From positions 84,830,794 to 84,881,724 of the forward strand of contig NC_068988.1 in the NCBI RefSeq assembly GCF_001194135.2: a DNA stretch of 50,931 bases, given 5' to 3'. Below, piece after piece: positions 1-11,184 of this stretch (positions are counted from its first letter, which is position 1; each line of letters begins with the position of its first letter). The stretch is from Octopus bimaculoides (Eukaryota). Both the position numbers and the translations under genes were made by a program. The notes beneath the pieces were generated by a model that was given only the letters and a program-made list of their open reading frames with translations, ran no database searches and was not told the origin of the DNA.

Positions 1-36
1 GCACACTGTCTTCTAAAACAGACAAACTCTCTCCTC

Positions 37-450
37 GTGCTTTCAGTCACCTGGACAATATTTCACAGTCATTTGCCAGGGAAGCAGAACATCCCTGTTG
101 ATGCTCTCACGAGACTCCCTGTCAATTCTATTTCCTCTCCTGCAGCAATTACTTTACTTGCTATTTCGCAGGACCAAACTCTTTTGTCGACGTTAGATTT
201 AACTTCGCCAAGATTCAACAATTGTAAATTTGCCTATCTTCCACTCCCTTCACTGAAGGCATCGTATACGCAACACCAGCTACCATCCCGCTTCTAATGG
301 GATGGTTGAGCGATTTCATAGGCAACTTAAGGCTGCCTTACGCGCCTCGCCCAACCCGCAGTCTTGGGTTGAATTTCTTCAAGGTCGACGCTAATGGTCG
401 TACAGAGATTGTGTCTGTCGACCGTCTGAAGAGAGCGTACCTTGACAAAC
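37..450 (+). mobile_element. Ty3/Gypsy LTR-retrotransposon pol remnant, multiply deleted
   Basis: HLPGKQNIPVDALTRL (RNase H end, ~70-118); RIRNTSYHPASNGMVERFHRQLKAAL (integrase catalytic-E region, ~263-340, third frame); FFKVDANGRTEIVSVDRLKRAYL (integrase C-terminus). No LTR or PPT recognised. Confidence 0.9.
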
Positions 451-783
451 CCTCAACTTCCGTGGACGACGTGCCCGTTTCTCAAACACCGAACACACCA
501 CTGTCAACATCTTTACCAATGCATACACCAACATCAACACCATCACAAACACACACACCATGTCAAAGAAATAGGGTAATAAAAGTGTTAAGGAATAAGA
601 ATATCCATAGACGGGGATATCTAAAGCTTAGTTGAAAAGCATGAATTTGTAAGTAGATGGATAGTTCTCTCCTACCTATTCTTGACTCAAGTATTTAATG
701 CATACATCAGTTTTGGGTTTTGTAATTCAATAAAGCCTATCAAATATGTTTGCAAATAAGTCATTTATGAATTTGACTCTGCA

Positions 784-2610
784 GTGTTTGCTCTGACAAA
801 GCAAAATGGCCATAATGAAGTTACCCAATTCCTGAAAGGACATTACAAAGGATCCCTATTGAAAGACAATGTAACAAGTTTTGGCAGTGCCTTTGGGAGA
901 GAGGATACTGTGCACACCGGTCAGTATGAATATTTCTTTGTACAATTTTATCTCCATCAAGTGGGTGGTTCAAATTCATTTTACGATCTTCAAATAGTCA
1001 ATGGTGAGATTTGTTCCTCCCATAGAGAGACATACTTTATACTTGGATTATTGGAGAGTTTCTCTTTTCAAACAGCCTAGAGTTCTTTTGATTCTGTTAT
1101 TAAAATCTTGTGAACTATCCAATCTACTTCTGCTTTGGTTCAAGTATTGTTATGACTTTGCCGAAGGTTTCAGGCAACAAGCTTAACATATGCACTTCAG
1201 TATGGAAATAAAGTATACAAATGAAATCTACAAAGCAACCACCATCATCAAGCTCAATGACATAAATAGTTAAGAACATAAAGAATACAACTGTTCTTAA
1301 CCTGACTACACTGCAGTCAATAATCTAACAACAGAAATTTTGAAAGAGGCATCATATGCTGTTGATACTTAAAAAGCATATATCAGTGACAATGGACCCA
1401 AAATGACTGTGACCCAGGAAGCTGTCTTGACTATTTTGTACAGAGTTCAGCAACAAGATGCTTAAAATTTTTGGTGGAGTTGGAAAAACACTTCAGATTA
1501 GTCTTTTGCTTGTCAAAGTCCAACAACAAAAAAGTATAGCTAATGCAGTTATTTCTTCAGTTATTGATTCCACATTTCTTCTGGGGATCAGGACAGCATA
1601 TTTTGCTTTCAAGTTACTCTTGACTTGTGCACAAATGATGCATTTATTTGCAACATTGCAAAGAATTCTGGAACTGGACAACTTTTTAGGAGATGGTAAA
1701 TGGTCATCTGGGATAAATGCACAGTGGTACACAAGAGATCTCTGGAGGCCCTGGAGAGAACATTACAGAACAGTAGATCTCAAATGGGAGGAGAAGCAGT
1801 GTGTTGTCAAACTCTACAGGTGATCTCAAAAGATACAAAAGCAGATAAAACTGCATTTGCCTTAAATTTTTATCACTTTGGTCTCAAGTTAAAATGTTTG
1901 TAGACAGTTAAACTGTCTACAATCATGAGAATCAAACATGTTTTTGAGATTAGGTGTCTGGTCATTTTGCTAAAAATTTGTTCCAAATTAAAGAGGAAAG
2001 ATTTCCTTTTGAAAGTAATGATGCTATTGGGCCCAGCTCCTGTAAGTGCAATAGTTAAAACAGCAGATGATCTGATGTCAAAGGATGATCCCAACCTGCA
2101 ACATCATTAACTAACATGCAAATGGCTGTGAGAGAAAACAATATTTTGACAACAACATCAACTGGTATCTGTTGCAGGCATATCTGAGAAACAGCTACAG
2201 CTACAAATTAATTGACATTATAGTGGGTCAGGAAGAAATAGTTCACTATCCTGTAGAATTTTAAAATTCATTGGGACCTTTTGGTCTACAAACACAGGGA
2301 CATCAGTTAAAAAAGAAAATGATTTCAATAATGTTGCACATAATTTTGATCAGCTGCAGCTATGCAATGGTATAAGACAAATAGTTAAGATGCTTATGCT
2401 ACACGGAAACTACAGACTTCATTGGGTGTAAGAAAAGGGAAGATGCAATTTTACCCAGAATTCTACTTACACCACCAACAGATATGGCTTTTCAATTTAG
2501 AAGATTTCTGTTTCCAAAATATCTAAACTTTACCAGATCAATCAATAAATCACTAATGTAGTTGCTGGACTCCATCTTGAGAAAAACTGCTTTGTTAATG
2601 ACCACCGAAT
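784..2610 (+). mobile_element. Helitron Rep/helicase (PIF1-like) pseudogene fragment
   Basis: Colinear motifs across stops and frameshifts: AFGREDTVH; FYLHQVGGSNSFYDLQIVNGEICSSHRETYFILGLLE; GGVGKT (P-loop); AVISSVIDSTFLLGIRTAYFAFKL; VIWDKCTVVHKRSLEALERTLQ; VHYPVEF*NSL; QLCNGIR; LPRILLTPPTDMAFQFRRFLFP; SINKS; AGLHLEKNCF. Confidence 0.93.
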
Positions 2611-2619
2611 AACATGATT

Positions 2620-2890
2620 TTTGTCCTTGGGTAGCAACTGTTATTTCCTATTTGCTTACCCCCTAGAAAGTATGAAAAATGGTTAATATTTCCTTTAAAC
2701 TTTGCTTTTGTTACATTTATTCAAACCCCAAAAGAATTCCCCTCAACACATGACTATGATGCTCCCCCCACTAGTCATGCTCATAATCAGTGATGCACAT
2801 ATTATCAGCCACTAAGGGATATTCTTAAGTGGTTAAGACCAAGCAACTAACAAGCAAATCTGTGGTATTGAGCAGAATATTTGCTATAAT
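2620..2890. repeat. Probable interspersed repeat fragment, unclassified
   Basis: Non-coding block abutting the Helitron. Recalled as a recurrent octopod repeat; no second copy in this window. Confidence 0.35.
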
Positions 2891-3139
2891 GATATTTCTG
2901 CATTAGCAATCTCCGCATTGAATCTGTCTGAAATGTAATGGAAAATAGGTCAGTTTGGAAACATTGATGTCCAGGTCACAAAAGTTTGAAGGGAATAGTA
3001 GTCATTTCCTTTGATTTCTAAATAGAAGCAAATAGAATATAACACTTACTGACCAAAGACAAAAAAAAAATTTAATTTTGTCACACAGTTAAATATGTAG
3101 AATGCTTAAGAACTGAAATTTTGCATAATCTCTTTATTC

Positions 3140-3695
3140 ATGTCCCTAGTGTCAGGCTCACAATCATGATGTAGTGAGTTCAATTCCCAGATCAGGCTGT
3201 GTGTTCTGTTCTTGAACAAGACAGTTTATTTCATGTTCTTTTCTACTCTGGGCACAAGGCCTGAAATTTGGGGGGAAAGGGCCAGTCGATTAGATCAATC
3301 CCAGTACGCAACTGGTGCATAATTTATTGACCCCGAAAGGATGAAACACAAAGTCGACCTCAGTGGAATTTGAACTCAGAATGTAAAGACAGACGAGATA
3401 TCGCTGAACATTTTGCCTGGTGTGCTAACGTTTCTGCCAGCTCGCCACTTTTATTTAATGTTGCTCCAGTTCATTCTGCTGTAGAAATGAGTTGTGACAC
3501 CACTGGTGCCAAGCTGTATTGGCCTTTACCTTTCCCTTGGATAACATTGGTGGCATGGAGAGGGGAGCTGGTATGCATGGCCAACTGCTGGTCTTTCATA
3601 AACAACTTTGCCTGGACTTGTGCCTTAGAGGGTAACTTTCTAAGTGCAATCCCATAGTCATTCACGACTGAAGGGGGTCTTTACCCTTTTTACCT
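3140..3695 (+). mobile_element. tRNA-headed SINE (family B) split by a nested SINE
   Basis: B-box-like GAGTTCAATTCCC at ~3175; the body resumes after 3462 with GCTCCAGTTCA. Confidence 0.7.
3238..3449 (-). mobile_element. SINE family A, full length, with 13-bp TSD
   Basis: Flanked by TTTATTTCATGTT (3225-3237) and TTTATTTAATGTT (3450-3462); carries GAGTTCAAATTC; homologous to the plus-strand copy at 43830-44020. Confidence 0.85.
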
Positions 3696-4369
3696 TTACA
3701 ATGGTAAAACCAAAAGCATTGTATATCCTGAGCAGGTGACACGACTATGCTAAGAATTTCTAAAGCTATGATGGGTAAACATCTGATACCATATAAAGTA
3801 GGTCTCAACACAACTTTTAATATCATTTCTTCAACACTGCATGTGTTGTAGTTCCAATATTTCGATGTGAGAATGTTTTAATTTCCATGGGTGGTTTACT
3901 TCCCCACACCTCTGTTTCTATTCACTTTTTGAATGATTTTTAAGATTTGCATTATATCAATTATCAAAGATAATATATCATGTTTGATAACTGTTTCAAA
4001 TAAATTAAAGCTGTATTTGCAATTACTTAATTTGCTGGAATTAGATTTGTGCCATTTACACAATTAAATTATGAAATATACTGTTAGTATTAACTATGCA
4101 TCTGTAGTATAGAACATTAAACACCAAACTGCTATATACATTCTAGAGAGCAATTTTCTTTCTTACGTGTAAGTACCTTTCAAAAGAAATCCAAGTGCAT
4201 TACAAATGATTCTTCATGAACATCTGTGTGTGTGTGTGTGTGCGTGTATATCTATCTGTTTGTCTATTTGCTCCTCCCTCTCTCAAACACTCTTTATCTT
4301 TCTATTATAGGAAAGTTGGTTATACATCATTAGATGTATACCTGACTTTCCTATATAAAATTAGAAATA

Positions 4370-4680
4370 AAAACGGAACGCTGAACTCCAGACTGATCAA
4401 CAACAACCAATATTTATTGTACGGTGGAAAATAAAACAGCTTCCAATTGTCCGGTTTTAGAGTAGCCTGAAATGTAGATGTACGGTTCCTCGAGCTGGTG
4501 TCGTAGAGACAACTTGGTTCAACCACACTCAAATGGGAGAGCTTGCTTAGACGTCTTGCTTGGTCGCTGTCAGGCCTGGTAAAGAGGCAGACTAATAGCG
4601 GGAACGCTTCGATGTTGAAACCCACGCATGCATGGTTAAGGATTCAGCAATGGCGCCTATGCCTTTTGGCGCCAATATGA
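4370..4680. promoter_or_regulatory. CpG-rich island, possible promoter or 5' exon
   Basis: About 15 CpGs in ~310 bp in a CpG-poor background; palindromic E2F-type site TTGGCGCCAA at 4666-4675; AATGGCG at ~4649. Confidence 0.4.
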
Positions 4681-5224
4681 CATTACTACACTATCTATCC
4701 TTCCAGCCATCTGTCTTATCTGCCTGTCTGTCTACATGGTGAGAAAAGAGAGAAATAAAGAGAGATAGGTCGACAGACAGACAACTAGTTTACTAATTCA
4801 GGTAGGTGGTGATGTACTGAATGACATAAGTAAAATTCCTCATTGAATTGAGATTCGTATTTCAGTAGGGGAAAGAATGAGAAAAAGCTAGCAGTAATTG
4901 TTAGCAGTCATCAAAGAAAAGGGGAGATAATTTCAAGAACTTAATTTCACAGAAATATGAATTTTATTCCCAAAGGAAAAACCTGATCTTTGTTTGCAGG
5001 CAGTCAGAGAGAATTAAGAACTAATCAGTCTGACAAACAGATAAACAGTTGTGAAGTGTGGTTATGGAATTACAGATTTAGAACTGAGAATTGCACAGGC
5101 TTCCGCTACTTGGTGACGTAAAGATTGCATCTTTAAGAATAATTGTTGAAGTGAGTCAGCTGGTAACTCTTACTTGCTATGTGCATATGTGTGTGTGTAT
5201 ATGTGTATATGTACACATGCGAAT

Positions 5225-5400
5225 GTGTGTGTAATGGCTGTAGGTATTGGCATATATGAATTAAGAAGTTTGTTCCCTGAACATATGGTTCCTGTTTCAA
5301 TTCCATTGCATGGTATCTTAGGCAAGTGTCTTCTACTATAGCCACTGGCTGATGAAAGCCTTGTGAGAAGATTTGGTAGAAGGAAACTGAAAGAAACTCA
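5225..5400 (+). mobile_element. tRNA-headed SINE (family D)
   Basis: Body GGCAAGTGTCTTCTACTATAGCC...GGAAACTGAAAGAA is shared with 13598-13765. Confidence 0.8.
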
Positions 5401-5402
5401 TT

Positions 5403-6435
5403 GCTGATGCGGAGACATGCGTTGAGGCTGAGGCATCTCTGGTGCTACCTGGAGGGTGATAAGTTGTGGAATCCACTGATAGAGGAATTCTTTGGAGCGA
5501 TTCAAACCCGGTTTCATTAAAAGAAATACTCTGACTGAATGGCAAAAGGAGTGTCGACAGGCACTCATGCTTATCCACAAGACAGGCAAGGCCAGCAGTG
5601 GGAATACCACCTCGGTTTTGTATAGAGAGATGGTAGAGCACAAAAATGATGACGTTCTAGGAGGGGCTCTGGGGTTCGATGAGAACCAACTTAACCTGTT
5701 TGAAAAACTTTCAGGTTAGGGTATTTGGATAACCAAAAATCCCTGACAGTGTTACAGGTACACTTTACCTGTTTGAGATAAGTTATCCAGGCACGGAATG
5801 CTGGTGCGTATGACATGTCCAAGATGTGGGCTGGATGACAAAACCATCCAGCATGCTTTTATACATTGTCAGGAGCTGTCAGGCTTGATAATTTATGTCA
5901 AATACGTGTTGTTGCATCTGGGAAGAGTTCAGCTATCGGCTGAGTCTATAATAAAGATTGTACTGCCAACTGGATTCTCAAAGGAAGGTGAGGCATGTTT
6001 TTTCTGTACAGTTGTGGTGCTGAAGGAATGTGTGTGGAAGACTAGGTTGCAAGGATTCGTGACAGGGTCCTTCATTTCTGGCCCTGGTTTGCTACAATGC
6101 TTCAAATATCATCTGAAGAGCAAGATAGGGTTGGAGAGAAGGACCCTGTCGAGAAGTGTGTTTGAGGAAAGATGGAAAGCTGTGTTAAGAAAGGTGGGTA
6201 CAAGGGATCCGGCTTAATCGGCTTTGGAAAAAAGGACGGAATAAAAGGAAGGAGATAGCCGCTGGGCTTTTGAGGCAACAGGGCATATCCCTTACTCATA
6301 TAGGAAAAGACTATTTATTTCATCATCAATATTTTTAAATAATAGGTATCATTCAAACACATAACAACATCTTTTGTATGTATTGTCCTGTGCTGTCCCA
6401 TCTATGGATTGATCTTTATGGTCATAATAAAAAAT
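5403..6435 (+). mobile_element. 5'-truncated Tx1/L1-clade LINE, ORF2 C-terminus and 3' UTR
   Basis: CPRCGLDDKTIQHAFIHC (zf-RVT CCHC finger), then ECVWKTR...FEERWK and an A-rich end (AATAAAAAA ~6426). Confidence 0.85.
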
Positions 6436-7166
6436 TCAGCTAGCAAGCCATGCTATTCCAGACTGACGATGAGCAATGACTCTGAAACTAGTCTCTGGAT
6501 GCTGGCTTTTCTGGATGGAGGTGCTTGTCTTCACTTTGAAAACATAAGGACACAGGAAATATGTCAAGTCCAATAGGAAATGGTGTTTCCTAGGGCTAAA
6601 TAACAGTAGCATTCTTCTCTTTCATGGGACTGTCACATTAAGTTGACAACATACTATCACTTAAAGATGATCTTATTCTATATTATTGGAATTTTAAGCC
6701 ATATGTATTGTCAGAAAAATAGTGAAAGAATGGGAATTTTAAGCCTAATTATGTATAAGTGTTACTTTTGAGACTAAGTCTTCAGTATCCCAACAATGCT
6801 TGTGATGTTACCTTTTCACCTGACACATGGCCAGATATTTTGTTGCCTACTAGGTCATATTACGCCAAATTACCTCTCCCCTTTTCTCTCCCTCTGTATG
6901 TGATTGGTATCTAGCATGTTAGATCCCCAAAAGTGTGAAGGTAAAAGTTAAAAGGTTTGCAAGATTTGAACTCAGAATGTGAAGGGGTATGACTAAATAC
7001 CACAGGGTATATTGTCTTTCAGACTTGCTATTAGTGTTAATCCACACAATCTATGTATATATTCTACTATGGCCATCTACTCTAACATTGCCAAGACTGT
7101 ATTTCCCCTTCAGAATGAAAAAATCATAAACACTGGTGAGTTGTTGACCCTATACAAGGAACAATT

Positions 7167-7326
7167 GTGACCCACACTATTGTATTTATCAGGCATAAGT
7201 GTAACCTACATTACTGTACCAATCAAGCATTTATGCAACCTACACTGTAGCATTGATTTGACCCCAGTGTGATCCACACTACAGTATTAATCAGGTTCAA
7301 GTGTGACCCATGCTACAATATTAACC
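7167..7326. repeat. 34-bp minisatellite, ~4.7 diverged units
   Basis: Units start at 7167, 7201, 7235, 7269 and 7303 (GTGACCCACACTATTGTATTTATCAGGCATAAGT and variants). Confidence 0.85.
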
Positions 7327-8174
7327 ACACGTCTAGGATATCGTTGTTGCTTCTTCTTCAGCATGCATTCTCATGATGGAGCCTACACTTTCCTCAGCTG
7401 CAGTTTCTCTGTCTATACACATCATAAACTGCTTTTTTTATATTCTGAGGTCCAGAGTTGACCATCACACAGAAAGACAGTCACCCACTGATATTCAAGA
7501 TATCAATGTAACTGATAATAATATAGTCATTGACAGATACCTCCTCTACATTCTCTTGGCATCAATGAACAAATAAGAGACCAAGTAGACTGGGATGAGG
7601 AACTCCATGTTCTAAATATTGAATCTGATATCATTTCCTAATTGAAATTATCTAAAAAAAAAAAATAGTTTTAGCTTTAAGATCAAAACAAATTTAATAT
7701 ATAAGTTACTTTCTAATGAGTAACTATAATTCATGGTTGGTATGTATATTAACTGATAATTTAATAGTCATACTCTTATTACACATATTTAGCATTTTGT
7801 AGTTCATTTGCCTTTCTTTTTTATTCTTAAGATTTAAAACCAGTATTGTGCATCAAAGGTTATGCATAAATGGTTAGTACTAGCAATGGTTATTTGTTTG
7901 ATGTGAATATGTATATTTACAGATTTATCTTTTTCCTGAGAAGTAAATAGAAATGTGAATGTGTGTGTGTCTTATTTGTAAATATCCAGTTATCGTTTTT
8001 AAAAAGAACAACATTGGACACTGCTATCAGACTAAACAAAAGGACTCACTGTTTTTACAAACAATAATCTATTTAAAACAAAAATGTTAAATTCAAATAC
8101 TTCCATAAAGCAAGCAAGTTATGAAATGTTTGAGTTAGCTGTAAAGAAAGTGAAATCACACGTTGAAAATCATC

Positions 8175-8570
8175 ATTGTCATCATCATCATTTAATATCT
8201 GTTTTCCAAGCATGCATGGGTTGGTTAATTTGACAGGAGCTGGCCAGCTGAAGAGCTGCCCAGGCTCTATATCTGTTTTGCCCTTCCTAATGCCATCCAC
8301 TTTACAGAGTGTACTGGGTGTTTTACACAGCACTGGTACAAGTGTGTTCACATGGAGGCTTTTATCTGGTACTGGTATGAGTGCTTTTTACATGACACCA
8401 GCACCCATGAGCCCACAAGATTAGGAATGCTCGGGTTTGTATGCAAGGACAATCATGTTTTTACTTAGCTTGGTATGTTTTCTCAAGCACATCAAACCAC
8501 TAGGTGTCTCAGTCCCCTTTCATCCCCTCAGTGAAGCCCAATATCTGAAGATCCTTTCTCACCACCTGGT
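8175..8570 (-). mobile_element. RTE-clade LINE 3' end running into the family C repeat body and (GAT)n tail
   Basis: Minus strand 8568-8461 reads QVVRKDLQILGFTEGMKGD*DT*WFDVLEKTYQAK*, an RTE-type C-terminus, followed by family C sequence. Confidence 0.7.
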
Positions 8571-8584
8571 AGAATCATTAGTAT

Positions 8585-8780
8585 GTCAGGCAAAATGGTT
8601 AGTGGCATTTCGTCCATCTATACATCCTGAGTTCAAATTCTGTTGAGGTCAACTTTGCCTTTCAATCTTTCAGGGTTAATAAAATAAGTGCTAGTTAAAC
8701 CCTAGGGTTGATGTAATCAACTTACCCCCCCACCCTTGACATTACTAGCTTTGTACCAAAATTTGAAATCAATATATTTT
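8585..8780 (+). mobile_element. SINE family A copy
   Basis: CTGAGTTCAAATTC...GAGGTCAACTTTGCCTTTCA body. Confidence 0.75.
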
Positions 8781-10069
8781 TATTTGATTTTGAACTCCAG
8801 GAAAAATCAGGTTGTTTGAGAATATCAGTTTACCACAGAGTAAAATTTCTGATTGTGTAAATTAAATAGCTAATGATATCCAAGTGTTTTGAAATAGTAT
8901 CATCAAAACATGCATTTGGTCAGTAAACACAGCACAGTTGGTTATATTTGTACAAGAGATAATAGCAGACTTTATATGAGAAAATTTATTTGCTTTAAAA
9001 TCAAGGTGTAGAATAATCAGAGATAATTTTCTGAGGTCAAATAACAAGAAATGGTTTGGATTTACTTCATGAAAATCTTCATGAAAATGATGTAGTAACA
9101 GACAACATTCTGTTTATAGTAGTATCTCAATGAAGGCTTACTGCTTCAATCAATAAAGAATTGGAGAACCTTCAACTACATCCTAAGATCTTCATGCTGC
9201 AGCATTATTTTGTTCAACAATAAAATTTATGTGCATGTTCTCAAAGAATGAACTGTGAAAGTATTGACTTCATAAAAAAATATGTAATTGAACAATAACA
9301 AATTTAAATAAATTTTGAAGATTCATTGTATTGTTGTGAGGTTCACTAAGCAAAATGTTTATGTTCATGTGCTTCTATAAGCTAAAAGATGAAATTGAAA
9401 GCATTGTAGTAGCACTGGGTATTGTAGTCAGCACTCTATTACATCAATGCCCTGGGCTACACAGCATCCAGTCAGAGATGGATATGAATTTGATGTCATT
9501 TTTACAGGAAATCCTCCAGAAAATAATAGCACTTTGTTAGCCTTTAGGCACCAGCTGACATATAGTTTTACTGGTCACATAACCATGTTATGTAGACATA
9601 TCAGAAAACTTACATGACTATGTCTTAACGTTTATTGCCACCAATCAGAATTGCTACTCTTGGTACATTTGCTTGAAAATATTGTGTTACAGTGCAGTAT
9701 TATTCATCCATCCAGTAGAAACAAGTCCTCATCATTTCATATGGTCCTAAGATGATATAAGGTAACTGACATCCTTGCAGAGACTATTGAGCACTTAGCA
9801 CCAATACTATTCCTAATAGTTACCCAATACCTTACTCACAAATTTTTCCTTATTTCTTCATGGTGTGTAGATTTTTACCAAACATGATCATGTTCATACT
9901 TTTTGAATTTTAGCAGATGTCATATGGAAAACTTCAAAGTTCAGCACATATATTCAAGTGATACATAAATAATATCATTTATAGTTTTTCTGCTTCTTTA
10001 TGGTTACATTGATCACCTATTTATTCCTATTTTATCTACGGAAGATCATGAAATGCACAAAGTCAGCAA

Positions 10070-10250
10070 TATCAGGGGTGGGGTAAATTAATTAAATTGA
10101 CCTCAGGGCTCAACAGGTACTTATTTCATCAATCCTGAAAGGAGGAAAGGCAAAATTGAACTCAGTGGAATTTGATCTCAGAATGTAAAGATGGACAAAA
10201 TGTTGCTAAGCATTTTGCCTGGTGTGGTAATGATTCTGCCAGCTCACCAC
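10070..10250 (-). mobile_element. SINE family A copy
   Basis: Colinear with 3238-3449. Confidence 0.75.
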
Positions 10251-10251
10251 T

Positions 10252-10810
10252 TTAAACATCTTATATAGATATTAAAATACATCCTTATCTGAAGAATCAC
10301 ACATTGCAAATTGCATCACTGTTTGTTACCATTTACAATATAAATGGTTTTCTTCAACATTAAATTTAACCAACATCTATTCACATACTTGACTTATGAT
10401 TAATAGACTTGAAAACCACCAAAGAATTGCTGTCCCTTCAGTCCTATCTAAATCTAATCATGAAACATTAACATATTTGTCATATTGAATAATAGTCTTG
10501 AAAAACCACTAAAGAATTGCTATCAATTCTGTTTAACATCCCAAAGCAAAGCAGAAACAATTTTCTCATTAAGATACAAAGTGAATTGTTTAACTTTTTC
10601 CTTACCAAATTTCTGTTGCAAATGTTACTTTTGTCTGAATTAATTTTGAAAATAATGAAATATTTATAAAAATTGTTTTGTTGTTACTAAGCTGGACTTA
10701 AATTAACATGGAATTGTGATGGAAGCTTTTAATTTAGATCATTTAAAAAAAGGAAATTTGTATCATAGAACCAAGGGCAGTTTGGGGCAGGTTAGTATAA
10801 AAAGGGTTAA
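10252..10810. mobile_element. Possible TTAA-ended (piggyBac-like) MITE, old
   Basis: Ends AAAAGGGTTAA; the left end is only weakly complementary. Confidence 0.35.
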
Positions 10811-10889
10811 TTAAATTTAAAACATTATACATTGTGGAATCATTAAATGAATCTTTGTGAAATTGTTTGAATACCCCATCATCACCATC

Positions 10890-11110
10890 ATCATCATCAT
10901 TCTCATCATCATTTTAACATTCACTTTTCCTTGCTTGCATGGACAGAGTTTTCTGAGGCAGACTTTCTATGGTTGGATGTCTTTTCTGCCACCAACCCTC
11001 CACTGTTTCCAAGCAAGGTAATATTTTCCCATGGCCAAACATATTTTTCCAGAATATTTGAAATAAATGATACTGCTTGTTTGACAGCAACACTCACAAC
11101 AATCTCACAA
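10890..11110 (-). mobile_element. SINE family C variant with (GAT)n tail
   Basis: CATCATC...TTTAACAT...GCATGG...TTGGATG motifs as in other family C copies. Confidence 0.7.
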
Positions 11111-11184
11111 TGTAAATGCAAGGAGACACAGGCATACATACACAGATACGTACATACATACATACATACATACATACATACATA

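Noticed and set aside
785-919. Ankyrin-like exon (FALTKQNGHNEVTQFL) with AG/GT boundaries
   Set aside because: The same frame continues past the donor into clear Helitron motifs (GREDTVH, LHQVGGSNSFYDL, LGLLE), so it is better explained as Helitron sequence.
5349-5400. CTGATGA...GAAAC in SINE family D
   Set aside because: No stem II or stem I pairing; ordinary SINE body.
7167-7326. CRISPR-like regular repeat
   Set aside because: Contiguous diverged units with no unique spacers, no cas genes and a eukaryotic context.
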